Assembly (NCBI GenBank): GCA_964016885.1
Contig: OZ024742.1
Coordinates: 21,700,001 to 21,764,000 of the forward strand
Reading direction: 5' to 3'
DNA length: 64,000 nt
From: Eledone cirrhosa
Taxonomy: Eukaryota
The stretch's first letter is position 1. Every line of letters starts with the position of its first letter. Under the pieces are notes generated by a model, which ran no database searches, had not been told where the DNA came from, and saw only the letters and a list, made by a program, of their open reading frames with translations. A program made the translations under genes and the position numbers. Shown piece by piece: positions 12,521 to 24,545 of this stretch.

Positions 12521-15500
12521 TTACTACTACCTAACTCCCTCCTCCCCCGTCCCAGCCCAACATACACTGCCATTATTACCACCACCACTGTTCTTCTAGC
12601 CCTAAATTTTCCTATCGTTATGGATGGATGAGCTGAGAATAAATTGGAGCAACTCTGAATTAATAGATGAAATGAATATGATTCCGCGAGCTACCAAGCA
12701 CCCTTGTGAAGCGCCAATCCAGAGAGAGGAAGCACACACAGACTCCTGCAAAAATCGGCCCTTCCCTACGAGTGTCGACAAATGCCCAAAACTCCGAGTT
12801 GGTACCATCAATGTAAGCACAATGAAAGGAAGAGCAGGAGAAATCGTAGAAATGCTAGAGCGAAAGGAAATTGATGTATGCTGCGTGCAAGGGGCTAGAT
12901 GGAGAGGAGTATCCGCTAGAGTCCTTGTAGGAAAAAGTCGGTGCTACAAATTGTTCTGGGTGGGAAATGACGATGGGATGGGTGGTGTAGGTATACTACT
13001 AGCTGACAAGTGGGTAGATAAAGTAATCTCAGTGTACAGGGTAAATGCAAGAATCATTAAACTCAGACTAGTTCTGAATAAAACAATTACCACAATAATA
13101 TCAGCTTACGCACCCCAATCGGGGTTGCCAGACGAACTTAAGGATAGATTTTACGAGTCCCTAATGCACACTACTGCTCTAACAAACGACAATGACTTCC
13201 TAATCATCGCAGGAGATATTAACGGACACGTAGGTAAACACTGTGACCGCTTCAATAGAGTCCATGGAGGCCATGGGGTTGGCACAAGAAATGAAGAAGG
13301 ATTCAGACTTCTAGAATTCTGCGACGCCAATGACATGTCGATATGTAACACAAACTTCAAAAAACCCGACAACCACCTGATCACCTATAGACCAGGGGAG
13401 CATTCTAGTCAGATAGATTTTATCCTCATCAGAGGACGTGACAGACGGACGGTCGTAAACACAAAAGCCTTCCCTAGTGAGGAATGTTCCTCCCAACATA
13501 GCTTAGTTGTCAGCGACCTCACAGTCAGAACTAGACTAACCTGGAAACAGAGGCCAGCCTGGAGAAGAAAGATCTGGAAGCTGAAAGACCCCTCAGCCAG
13601 TAACAGATTTAAAGATATTTTACTCAACGCCTACGACATTAAAGAAGAACAGATAGAGACATTCAATGTAGAAGAGCACTGGGAGTTCCTAAAAAATAAC
13701 TTACTAGAGGAGACGGATGAGGTCTGTGGCTGGAGTAAGACCACAAGCAGGAGGAGAGTGACTTGGTGGTGGAACAATAAGGTAGATGAGGCAGTTAAGG
13801 CCAAGAGACAGGTATGGAAAGAATGGAAGAACGGGGTAAGCAGGGTACATTACATAGAGACCAAGAGGGAAGCTAAGCGACAAGTATACTTAGCTAGGAG
13901 GGAAGCAGAGGATAGAAAATTCAAGCATGTTTTGCAACGTGAGGACCAGAAACAGGAGGTGTTCAAGATTGCGAGGCAGTGTGTCAGAGAGAATTGTGAT
14001 GTCATTGGAGAGAAGTGTATCCGGAATGATAAAGGTGAGCTTGCCCTCACAAGTGCTGAGAAGAAAGATGCAAGGAAGAGTATTTATGATAGATTACTAA
14101 ATGAGGAGAATGCATGTGAAGAAGAGACCCTACCCCAAGTAGACCCTATAGAGGGGCCAGCAGTACAAGTCAGCAGCAGCGTAATAAGTAAGGCAATCAA
14201 ATATATGAAGATGGGGAAGGCAACCGGTCCATCGGGTATAGCTGCCGAGATGCTGAAGGCATCTGGGTCTGTAGGTCACACTATAACCACACGTATTGTT
14301 AACCAGGTAATACTAGAAGGTATCATACCAAAAGATTGGTGTAGTAGCATCATTGTCAACTGCTACAAAGGTAAAGGTGATGCACTCGATAGAGGAAAAT
14401 ATAGAGGTATAAAGCTGATGGACCAGGTCATGAAAGTAACAGAAAGAGTTATAGCACAGTTGATTAGGGACCGGGTGAAACTAGATGAGATGCAATTTTG
14501 GTTTTTACCACGAAGAGGCACCACTGATGCCCTCTTCCTTGTGAGGCAGTTACAGAAAAAGTACCTAGCAAAAGGTAAGCCACTCTACCTGGTATTCGTC
14601 GATCTCGAGAAAGCCTTTGACAGAGTTCCACGTGCTGTAATCTGGTGGGCTCTTAGAAAACTATGAGAAGATGAATGGGTTGTGAAAGCTGTACAAGCCA
14701 TGTATAGGGGAGCAGTCAGCAAAGTTAGGATTAGCAATGAGTATAGCGAGGAATTTAGCGTACAGTTTTGGGTCCACCAGGGCTCTGTTCTTCGCCCTCT
14801 CCTGTTCATCATAGCCCTGCAGGCAATAACAGAGGAGTTTAAGACCGGATGCCCATGGGAACTCCTGTATGCTGATGACCTCGCACGTATAGCTGAATCT
14901 ATGATAGAACTAGAGAATAAATTCCAAACTTGGAAGCAGGGACTAGAGAGAAAGGGTCTCAAAGTCAACATGACAAAGACTAAGGTTCTATGTAAGTAGA
15001 CGTGAAAACAGAACCCAGATCCCCTCAGGGAAATGGCCTTGTTCAGTATGTAGGAAAGGTGTAGGTAGGAACTCCATTTCCTGCCCCAAATGCAAACAAT
15101 GGGTACACAAGAGAAGTAGCGGGATCTCGGGAAGCTTAATTAAGAATGTAGGCTTCACATGCAGCAGCTGTGCTGGGACAGCAAGCAGCAAACAGCGACA
15201 GGACACAAGTACCACCAATCTCTGGGAGGGCTCTGTAGAGACAGTAGACAGCTTCTGCTACCTAGGTTACCGAATTAGCAGCGGAGGTGGGTGTTCAGAA
15301 AGTACAATAACTAGGGTAAGAACGGGATGGAAGAGTTCAAGGAACTACTACCACTGCTATCTGCAAAAGGCTTCTCCCTCAAAATGAAAGGCAGACTGTA
15401 TGATGCGTGTATCCGAACAGTAATGTTACATGGTAGTGAGACCTGGGCGCTGAAGGTGGAAGACTTACGTAGATTAGAGAGAAACGAAGCCTGCATGCTC

Positions 15501-16121
15501 CGATGGATGTGTAATAGTAATATACGCGAACGACAAAGCATAAATGAATTGAGAGAGAGACTGAGCATAAGATGAATCAAATGCTGTGTGCAGGAGAGGC
15601 GGTTGCGTTGGTATGGACATGTGATGCGTATGAAGGATGACAGCTGCATAAAAAGGTGCAGAGCACTAGAAGTCGATGGAAACCGCGGAGTGGGGAGACC
15701 CAACATGACCTGGAATGAGGTGATAAAAGCCGACCTTACCCAATTACACCTCTCAAAGGCGATGACACACGACCGTGACCTCTGGCGTCACGCAGTAATA
15801 CAGAGCACCCGACCTCCCATGGGTACAAGCTGAAGCATATAGACAATATGCCCCCCCCCCACTGCAAGGTGGTCGTGGAGGTGCCACGGCAAGAAAGCAC
15901 CCAGCCCACACTGTAAAGTGGACGTGTAGGCGCCACGAAAAATCACCCAGCACTCACTGTAAATGAGGTTGGTGTTAGGAAGGACATCCAGCTGTAGAAA
16001 TCAAGTTCCTGTTTGAGCAAGGCATGGTCAGCCGACCAGACACTGCCCACAACAGGACAACCCGTCTAATCCATGCTAGCATGGAAGAACGGACATAAAA
16101 CGGTGATGATGATGATGATGA
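12241..16121 (+). mobile_element. Full-length RTE-clade LINE, decayed
   Basis: Single APE-RT ORF; 3' UTR with TTGGTGTTAGGAAGGACATCCAGCTGTAGAAA and a (TGA)n tail; lies between (TA)n tracts; the 5' boundary is approximate. Confidence 0.9.
12624..15833 (+). pseudogene. AP endonuclease-reverse transcriptase ORF of the RTE LINE (2 nonsense codons, 2 frameshifts)
   Basis: APE motifs GTINV, SAYAPQ, AGDINGH, SQIDFIL, SQHSLV; RT motifs FVDLEKAFD, VHQGSVL.PLLF, LYADDL; MLHGSETW, RLRWYGHV; stops at 14664 and 15573, frame changes near 14995 and 15325. Confidence 0.92.
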
Positions 16122-16156
16122 TATATATATATATGTATTATATATATATATATATA

Positions 16157-16240
<84 letters not shown>

Positions 16241-16375
16241 ATACTTGGGGAGGGTCATATTTGTGTAATATTGCCAGAATTAATAACAGAACACACTCAC
16301 TGTTCGGTTGCTTTTCGCTTCTCGCTGTCTTTTATATCTGCAATCTAACTTACTCGGTTCTCAATGTCGCCATAT

Positions 16376-19300
16376 ATATTTATTAAAATAACAGATTACA
16401 GTTTAAGAAAAGAATCGCTGCTTTCACCCTTAACGGGATCTTATGAAACTAACAAAGTCAATCTGTAAACGCAGAACTGGATATTTCAAAAAACGTTGCA
16501 ACCGGAGGAAGACAGGAAGACGATACTTTGGTTCGTGGAAACGTTCGCTGGCAAAGAAGGGAAAAAACGAATAATACATCATTAATAGGAGCTGTGAAAA
16601 ACAAATACGCGCAAAGACAGAACCACGTTTATGGTATAAAAGATGTCGTAGACTAATGTTCTCTCAGGTGGTGCATAGAGACGTTCTCTGGCAATGAACG
16701 AAAAAACGAAGATAATACGTCATATGTGGAGCGTGGAGAACAATAGCACACAAAGACAAAATCACGTAAATGGCATAGCAGAAGTCGTAGACTAAAATTC
16801 TAACTAGGAGACCGAATGAATCTCCGCTACAGAGTTAAGAACAAAGTAAATAAATACAATACAGAAGTAATAGAAATAAATAAATACATACACGCAAACA
16901 AATACGTACATACACAAGCATACGCAAAAACTTACCATAGGTATACAAAACCACGCACATATAAATATGTGTGTGTGTGTGTATGCGTGTATACAAATAA
17001 ATAAATAATTATATAAACGTATATAAATAAATATATACGTATATAAAAAGCGCACACACATACCTAGATATAAATACACGAATGTTCGGAGACGTAAGTC
17101 AACTAAAACATGAAGTACACATATACACACACCCACCATACGTACGAACCTGCATACTCACACAGACGCAAAACTCCCGTATACAGATAGCCAAACCATA
17201 TGTACCAGAATATATAAAATTATACGCCATAACAATCAAATATACGTACGAGAAGGTATACGTACCTTCACAAAACATACAGGTAATATATACTTACCTA
17301 TGCAAATAAGTAAAGGAATAAACAAAACATATACTTAGCTCCCACATCAAGACGTAAAATATCCACGTATAGATCGTACTATCCGTTAGGGTATAACGTG
17401 GGGCTCTAATACAGGAAAGTTTTGTGCAATTTATGTTTACAAGCCGAAATTGCCTCAGATTTTGTGTTTAAGATGTGGTATGTGGCGTAGAGTATTTCCA
17501 GGGCTTCAGCGGCGCAGAGGTCACATGGTCTTTTATTTCCGTTATACGATCTAGCCCTAGCTAGGATCTCCCAGTGTAACTTATATTGGGCGTGGTTGTC
17601 TTTTAGACTCCAGATATAAGCTGAAAGTGACGTCATATCCCTTCTTAGAGGGTAACGAAAAGAATGGGTATGCATGTAAAGACGCTGCTTGAAACTATTG
17701 GTGGTTAACCCTATGTAGGCCCTACGGGACGTGGGTGTTACAACCTTACATTTGTAGACAATGTTACTAGAGAGGCATTTCCCGGATAGGGGGCAATCAG
17801 GCCGATTCCTACAATTACAGTTAGTACTAACTACAGGGTTGCACGTGTTCCTACGGCTAGGTAGTTTAGCTAAATTTGAAGCTGTGATGTTATGTGCAAG
17901 GTTAGGAGTCGTAGAGTAAAACATTTTAATAGTATTTCTATTAAAAATATTACTATATTTATCTGTAGGGGGAAAATGCTTCGTAATAAGGGAAAGAAAG
18001 ATCTTAGCTAATGGTGTGGCCACCTCCATATTATATGGTGGGTTATACCAACAAATGCGACGGGATCTATTTCTTCTAGGTCTATTTTCGTACTCTGTAT
18101 ATGTTAGCTTATCAACAAATCCACTTCGAGCAAGAGCTTCATTGTAATAACTGGAATGGTCGTTGAAAATACGCTCGTTGGAGGAAAGACGGGAAAGCCT
18201 CAACGAAACGTTTCTTACCAGGTTCTTGGCTATGCTGGCAGGATGGTTGGAATGCTTACTTATGTAATTAAGCGTATCATTCGGCTTTCTATACGGGTAA
18301 TACAACCCATTCAATAAATTGAGGGTAACGTCGAGGTAATTAACGACCGAGATATTGGCCTCAACCTGTATAGAGAGGTTGAAGCCTTTAAAGAAGGCTG
18401 TGAGTTCTTTTCTGAACCTGTCGCAAGCACGAGGCCCGCATATAGTCATGGTCAAAAGACCATCGTCACGGTACAAACCACCGCCCGCGTTGGGGAATTC
18501 GTCTTTGATAGAGAAAAGAAGGAAAAGGCCAATAAGATCAGTAACCTCCGCAGAGTCACTGGCGCCCATACTCACGTGGAATGGGGTACTATTGGATTTT
18601 TTAATCCAAATAGAGTCGTCGAAATTAATCACCGACTTTCGGGCATTAAGGATGACATCAACTTCAAAATCCTTAACCTTAGCGAAATTGATAGCTCTAA
18701 GGAGAAGTGGTAAAGTGATGGAAGAGTAGTAATTGTTGATGTCGAATTGGATAAAACGGCAATGTTCCTTGTTACATATGCCGTTGAACCAATCAATCAC
18801 CGCGAAAGAATTGTTCCACAGTGCAAGAGTGGCCAAACTTCTAATTTCAGGTATAATTCTATCAAGAATCGTTTATCGTTTTACTAAGTCTACCTAAATC
18901 GGACTTCGTAGGGTTAATAAGCCGAATAGAGGGATTGTTCGGAAAATTGGATTTGTGATCCTTCAGGGTAAAGTGGGGAGAAATAGGGTCCAGAGGTTCG
19001 GTCCGGTCCAGGATGTTGAGATCAGATGTGATTTTAAACCCAGCATCGTTGATTTCATTGATGACGCACCGATTAGTTTTACGGTAATCTTTAGTTACAG
19101 CATTATGTAGTAGTTGATGGTAAGTACTGCGCTCCACTTGATATAGGTTGCCAGTTTTGTCGGAGTGGACGTGCACGGCATTAGAATCCTTAATAGAACG
19201 AATTCTATTCTTCAGGTGTTGCTGGAAGGAATTGCTCCTATTCTGAAATTTGATACTCCGAATGAGTTCCAAGACATCATTTTCGAGGGGTAGCAATTCT

Positions 19301-19786
19301 GGGTTCCACGGGGGGGGGGGGGGGGTTATTATGGGTTTTAAATCCAAATTTATCCTGTTTGTTGTCTGCTTCTCGCGGATTATCGAAATAAAATGCACGC
19401 CAACGCAACCTGTTAATGAACGCGTCTGTTTTCTGTATCAGGAGTTTTAGGTATGTTTTCCTGCTTGGTACGGGTATGTTCTTTGTAGAAATATTCAGAT
19501 TTTGTTTCTGCATGATGAATATAAGTCAGTAGAGTGCTCAACCGAGGGAGCCAAATAGTAATAATAATAAATTTGAAGACTAAAATCCAAAGAGGTCTCG
19601 ATAAGGATAAATATATATCAAATATATAAGAACCGTAGAGCAAATATTTATTAAAATAACAGATTAAAGTTTAAGCAAAGAATCGCTGCTTTCACCCTTA
19701 ACGGGATCTTCTGAAACTAACAAAGTCAATCTGTAAACGCAGAACTGGATATTTCAAAAAACATTGCAATCGGAGGAAGACAGGAA
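16376..19786 (-). mobile_element. Penelope-like element with 143-bp direct terminal repeats (pseudo-LTRs)
   Basis: 16376-16518 closely matches 19644-19786; together they enclose an RT + GIY-YIG coding region. Confidence 0.9.
17406..19513 (-). pseudogene. PLE reverse transcriptase + C-terminal GIY-YIG endonuclease (~700 aa, two frameshifts)
   Basis: SDKT, FTLKDHK, IRLINP, FDINNYYSSI, MGASDS, LYRDDGL, YLDVTL, YRKP, CNCR linker, IVYKC..YIGLT..FKQR, CDLC..E..LN..SE..CKH; shifts at the G16 run 19310-19325 and near 18870. Confidence 0.92.
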
Positions 19787-19966
19787 AAAGTATGACCACG
19801 ACGGCAGAACTCAAGCCGTTTCGACGGCTTTTTCTGGGCGGCAATTTCTGGACTTGAGCTCTGCCGACGGGGTCCTACTTTTTCCTATTTCGCACTCTAC
19901 TACCCTAAGTATTGAGTATTCTGGTGCGTTATTATCCATCTGGTTCCTTACCAAAATTCCTTTGTT
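19787..19966. mobile_element. Family D short fold-back element (also 2163-2220, 44741-45227, 48815-48930, 53513-54232, 59937-60517)
   Basis: Shared ends AAAAGTATGAC..CGACGGCAGA.CTCAAGCCGTTTCG and CACTCTACTACCCTAAGTATTGAGTA..TTCCTTACCAAAATTCC abutting (TA)n. Confidence 0.65.
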
Positions 19967-20088
19967 ATATATATATACATCAAGTATGTTTTGAAACAGT
20001 GAGCAGGTTTGAAATTAGAAAATAGAATAGCTTTCACCGTATTTTTGACTAAAGAAATGTTAGCCTGATAATGGGGTTTAGAACCCAC

Positions 20089-20144
<56 letters not shown>

Positions 20145-20199
20145 CAGGGTGGATTCAACTTGAAACTGTTTACACCATATATTTATATTTCTCTCTTTT

Positions 20200-20520
20200 A
20201 CTCCTTTACCTGTTCCAGCCATCCGGCTGAGCCCATACTGGGGCACTGGACCTTGTGGCTACACATGATATCTCCAGGTAGAGGTGCTACTTCTCCAAAT
20301 TTAGGGATACAGCTCTGACACTATGGGAATGTGGTTAGAATGTCTCAGGAAAGAATCGCCAGACAGATTTTACGGACAAACCATCCGCGGGAGGCCCAAG
20401 GGTTGATCCTGAGCAAGATGGTTAGATAATATCTTTGAACTTAGCTGGTCCCGCTTGGGATCTGTCCCGCTGGACGGAGTTTTTGAAGACTCTGCCTCCA
20501 CGACCCTCACAGGAATAATA
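20200..20520 (+). mobile_element. Decayed LINE (RTE-like) 3' fragment
   Basis: Similar to the minus-strand fragment at 50820-51075 (MSQERIA.QIL...RGGPR..W); ends in a (TAA)n/(GAA)n tail. Confidence 0.55.
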
Positions 20521-20612
20521 ATAATAAGAAGAAGTGTGTGCCTGTGCGTGTTTGTCTATATACACATACTTATTTATATATGTATATGAATACATATATG
20601 TGTGTATGTATG

Positions 20613-20672
<60 letters not shown>

Positions 20673-21250
20673 AGTATGCATGTGTACCTGTGTGTGAGTA
20701 TTGCAAGATAAAAATCAATCTAATAGAGTATAACTACAGCCATTTATTTAGAATTACCGCTGTAAACAGGAAAAAAAGTAAACATTTTATTATACATTCA
20801 GAGATTGCTGTCGCCTCATTACAATATAACTAGCGTTATGGTTCTACAAGTAAAGCGATCATTATTGCATAACTATTTATGTCAAATATGATATAAACCT
20901 AAACTGAAATGATCTTTTTAATTTGCAAGGCGTGCATTCCTTTGACAATGTAATTTATTATACACTGAATATTAATACATTATATATCTGTAGATGATGT
21001 AACTACCGTTGTTCTATTTAGAAACCTCGTCGGAAAATTATATTGTTTCACTGACGAATGACTTAGATATTTTTTATTGATTAGAAATAAGCTGATCTTG
21101 TTCAGATTAGTTGTGAGCAAGTTCATATGAGATCAATACAAAAGTTATACTGTAAACTAGTCAGTAATATATTGATATGATGCTGGCTATCTCTTGAGCT
21201 ATTGAGTACTCGATTAACTAACTGAAAGATCTGCTATTACTGAAAACCAC

Positions 21251-21287
<37 letters not shown>

Positions 21288-21292
<5 letters not shown>

Positions 21293-22506
21293 GTTTGTAT
21301 ATGTATAATAAAGCCAAAACAATGCAGGTATGGACATAGAATAAAGAATGAAAATGCAAAAGATATTGTTGACAATTAGTCTTTTACCTTAGATTTATTT
21401 AAATGTCCTTAATTTTCGAGATAATATCTCTCCTTCAGAGGGAAATAAAGCTCTCAAACCAGTGTTCTAAATAGCTTGCCAAGTCATGCTGACAGGAAAT
21501 GGTATAGAGTATCTGTTCTTCCTCTAATGTCAAAGAGTTAGAATTAGGTGGATAAAGAGTAGTCTCCCTTTAAAAGGGGTTTGTTTTTGTTTTTGTTTTT
21601 TTTTGTTTTTTTTTTGTTTTTTTATACATGCCTGTTTAAGTGTGTGGGAGAATGCATGAAGGTGTATGTGAGTGTCTGTGTGTGAGTGTGAGAAGATATG
21701 TCTATTCGTAAATGTGGGGGATAGGTGTTATCTGGTGTTAGAACTGGTTTTGTGTGTGTATGTGTGAGAGAGAATAAGTGGAGGTGTAAGCGTGTGTGTG
21801 TGTGTGCATGCGTGCGTATGTGTGTGGGGGGTGTGTGTAAATATGGGGCTAGAAGCTCTATCAGGTTATAAATTGGCTGTTGAGTTCTAGTCTATTATTG
21901 ATTGGTGGTTGTGTTTTATCTATAATTAGTGCTTCCTTAATTCTAAGATTGCCCAGGTTTCATTCCTTAGAATTCTATCCTAACTGTTATGGTTTTGTCG
22001 GTGTTTTTGCATTTAACTAGGTATTTCTTAAATGAGGAAGCGTTCGTATTACTCCACATAAGAATAAAAGAACACCTCAATACTAACGCTTCCACATTTA
22101 AGAAACACCTGGTTAAATGCAAAAACACCGATAAAACCATAACAGTTAGGATAGAAAATAAGGAAAGAAACCTCGGCAATCTTAGAATTAAGGAAGCATT
22201 AATTATAGATAAAACACAACCACCAATCAATAATAGACTAGAACTCAACACCCAATTTATAACCTGATAGAGCTTCTAGCCTCATATTTACACACACCCC
22301 ACACACACACACGCACACACGCACACACACACACACGATTACACCTCCACTTATTCTCTCTAACACATACACACACAAAACCAATTCTAACACCAGATAA
22401 AACCTATCCCCCACATTTACGAATAGACATATCTTCTCACACTCACATACACACACTCACATACTTACACCTTCATGCATTCTCCCACACACTTAAACAG
22501 GCATGT

Positions 22507-22538
<32 letters not shown>

Positions 22539-22879
22539 CCCAAAAAACCCTTTTAAAGGGTGACTACTCTTTATCCACCTAATTCTAACTCTTTGACATT
22601 AGAGATAGAACAGATACTATATACCATTTCCTGTCAGCATGACTTGGCAAGCTATTTAGAACACTGGTTTGAGAGCTTTATTTCCCTCGGAAGAAGAGAT
22701 ATTATCTCGAAAATTAAGGACATTTAAATAAATCTAAGGTAAAAGACTAATTGTCAACAATATCTTTTGCATTTTCATTCTTTATTCTATGTCCATACCT
22801 GCATTGTTTTCGCTTTATTATACATATACAAACGTTTATACCTCATTACACAATGCTTCAAGTGAACTATAACCTCTTC

Positions 22880-22881
<2 letters not shown>
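21288..22881. mobile_element. Head-to-head inverted pair of PLE 3' ends (family B) with a GIY-YIG remnant
   Basis: 21288-21970 is inverted relative to ~22170-22837; 22050-22267 encodes LHIRIKEH...LRIKEALII....PPINNRLE; decayed HHR-like motif at 21407-21441 (-) and ~22684-22719 (+). Confidence 0.85.
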
Positions 22882-22971
<90 letters not shown>

Positions 22972-23232
22972 GTATGTATATATATATATATATAGGAACA
23001 AGTATGTATAGAATAGAAAACGAAATATATATGTATATATATATGTTTGTATATATATATAGGAACAAGTATATACAGAATAGAAAACGAAAAGTCAGTG
23101 ATGCATCTGAACTCAATTCATTGTGTTACAATTGTTTCCCCGGCGGACAGCTCGCGATGCGATCATTGTGTGGATATGTCTGATTCTGGACCCGCAGGTT
23201 CGATGGACACGTCTAATGATTTCGGAGCATAT

Positions 23233-23287
<55 letters not shown>

Positions 23288-23420
23288 GGGAAGAATAAGC
23301 TATTACTTTTTCGACACCATTTCAGTACCTATAAAAGGGTAAATAGTGAGCCCTGATACTCTGGAGTATCGCCTGTTCATCATAGGACCCTGTGATGAAC
23401 AAGTGAAACTCCAGAGTAAA

Positions 23421-23465
<45 letters not shown>

Positions 23466-24070
23466 TTAGAGAGAGAGAGAGAGAGAAAGTGGGAAGTTAG
23501 ATATAGATAGGTCTGTGTCTGTGTATAAGGTTTACAATTCAAATATATTGGTGAGGATATTTGATTAGAATTCGATTTAAAACTTACTTGGACGATATCC
23601 GAACACTGTACTCTATATAACATAGCCACCTACAATACAGAACTTTCCACCTAAACGACTACTTTAAATATGTGATTCATTTCAGTCTAGGTATTTTGAA
23701 TATTAAATATTTTATTGGGAACCGGTTGCCATCACCAAAGAAAATTGCTTCATTAATGATATCACGCAATCGATAAAGACATTTTTTTTATTAAATTCTT
23801 TCGATGTGTAGATGTTTTGACAGCTGTTATAATAGATTAACACCTAAATTTACCTCATAGATCAATAAAGAATTTGTTGGGATAATAAATATTTACTAAA
23901 ATAGCAAAGATTCACTCTGGGTATGAAATATACTTCTTATAAAAATAAAATTAATGTAATTATTTTCTCGATATTGCATTGAGTTTGTAAAGCAGTTAAG
24001 CATTATTTGAAACAGAAAACGGTATCTGTTTCAGAAGAATTCATTCCAAATAAATACATGTATATATATA

Positions 24071-24146
24071 CAGGGTGTTCCAAAAATGTATACACACTTC
24101 AATAGTATTTTAATAAATATATGTATATATTTTCTGAGACACCCTG
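24071..24146. mobile_element. Tiny Tc1/mariner-type MITE
   Basis: TA|CAGGGTGT...ACACCCTG|TA: imperfect ~25-bp TIRs and TA target duplication. Confidence 0.7.
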
Positions 24147-24229
24147 TATATGTTACTAGCTTTATAAAAATCAACGAAAATGTAAGTCTACTATAATGGC
24201 TTCTGATTTATGCACTAGGTCAACAATTC

Positions 24230-24370
24230 TGGGGGAGGGGAAAGTCGATTAAATAGACACCTGTGTGTTATTGGTACTTCGTGCTATCGACCTCTTAACA
24301 AAAAAAACGTAAAGCTAACCTCGGCGGGATTTGAACGCAGAACATAAAATGAGGTAACTGTATGCGGCCC
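24230..24370 (-). mobile_element. Diverged tRNA-derived SINE
   Basis: Reverse-complement B-box GGGATTTGAAC and body ACCTCGGC. Confidence 0.65.
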
Positions 24371-24475
24371 TTCTGATAATAGTAATAAGTGTTCATACAT
24401 TAAGTGCAAGGCCAGGGGAAATCGATTCAATCAAACCAATGAATTTGGAACATTTCCATGTCAAAACAAAATAAC

Positions 24476-24476
<1 letters not shown>

Positions 24477-24507
<31 letters not shown>

Positions 24508-24545
24508 TGTATGTATGTATGTATGTATGTATGTATGTATGTATA
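24477..24545. repeat. (TATG)n microsatellite
   Basis: Seen directly; it flanks the 3' end of the RLE retrotransposon. Confidence 0.95.

Noticed and set aside
14664-14666. In-frame TGA codons in retroelement ORFs as possible selenocysteine
   Set aside because: They fall at positions expected to be Gly (GGA>TGA; confirmed by the mirror copy for the 62297 stop) and co-occur with frameshifts, indicating decay
13151-15706. Minus-strand ORFs over the LINE, and plus-strand ORFs over the PLEs (18355, 61889)
   Set aside because: Antisense shadows of the RT reading frames
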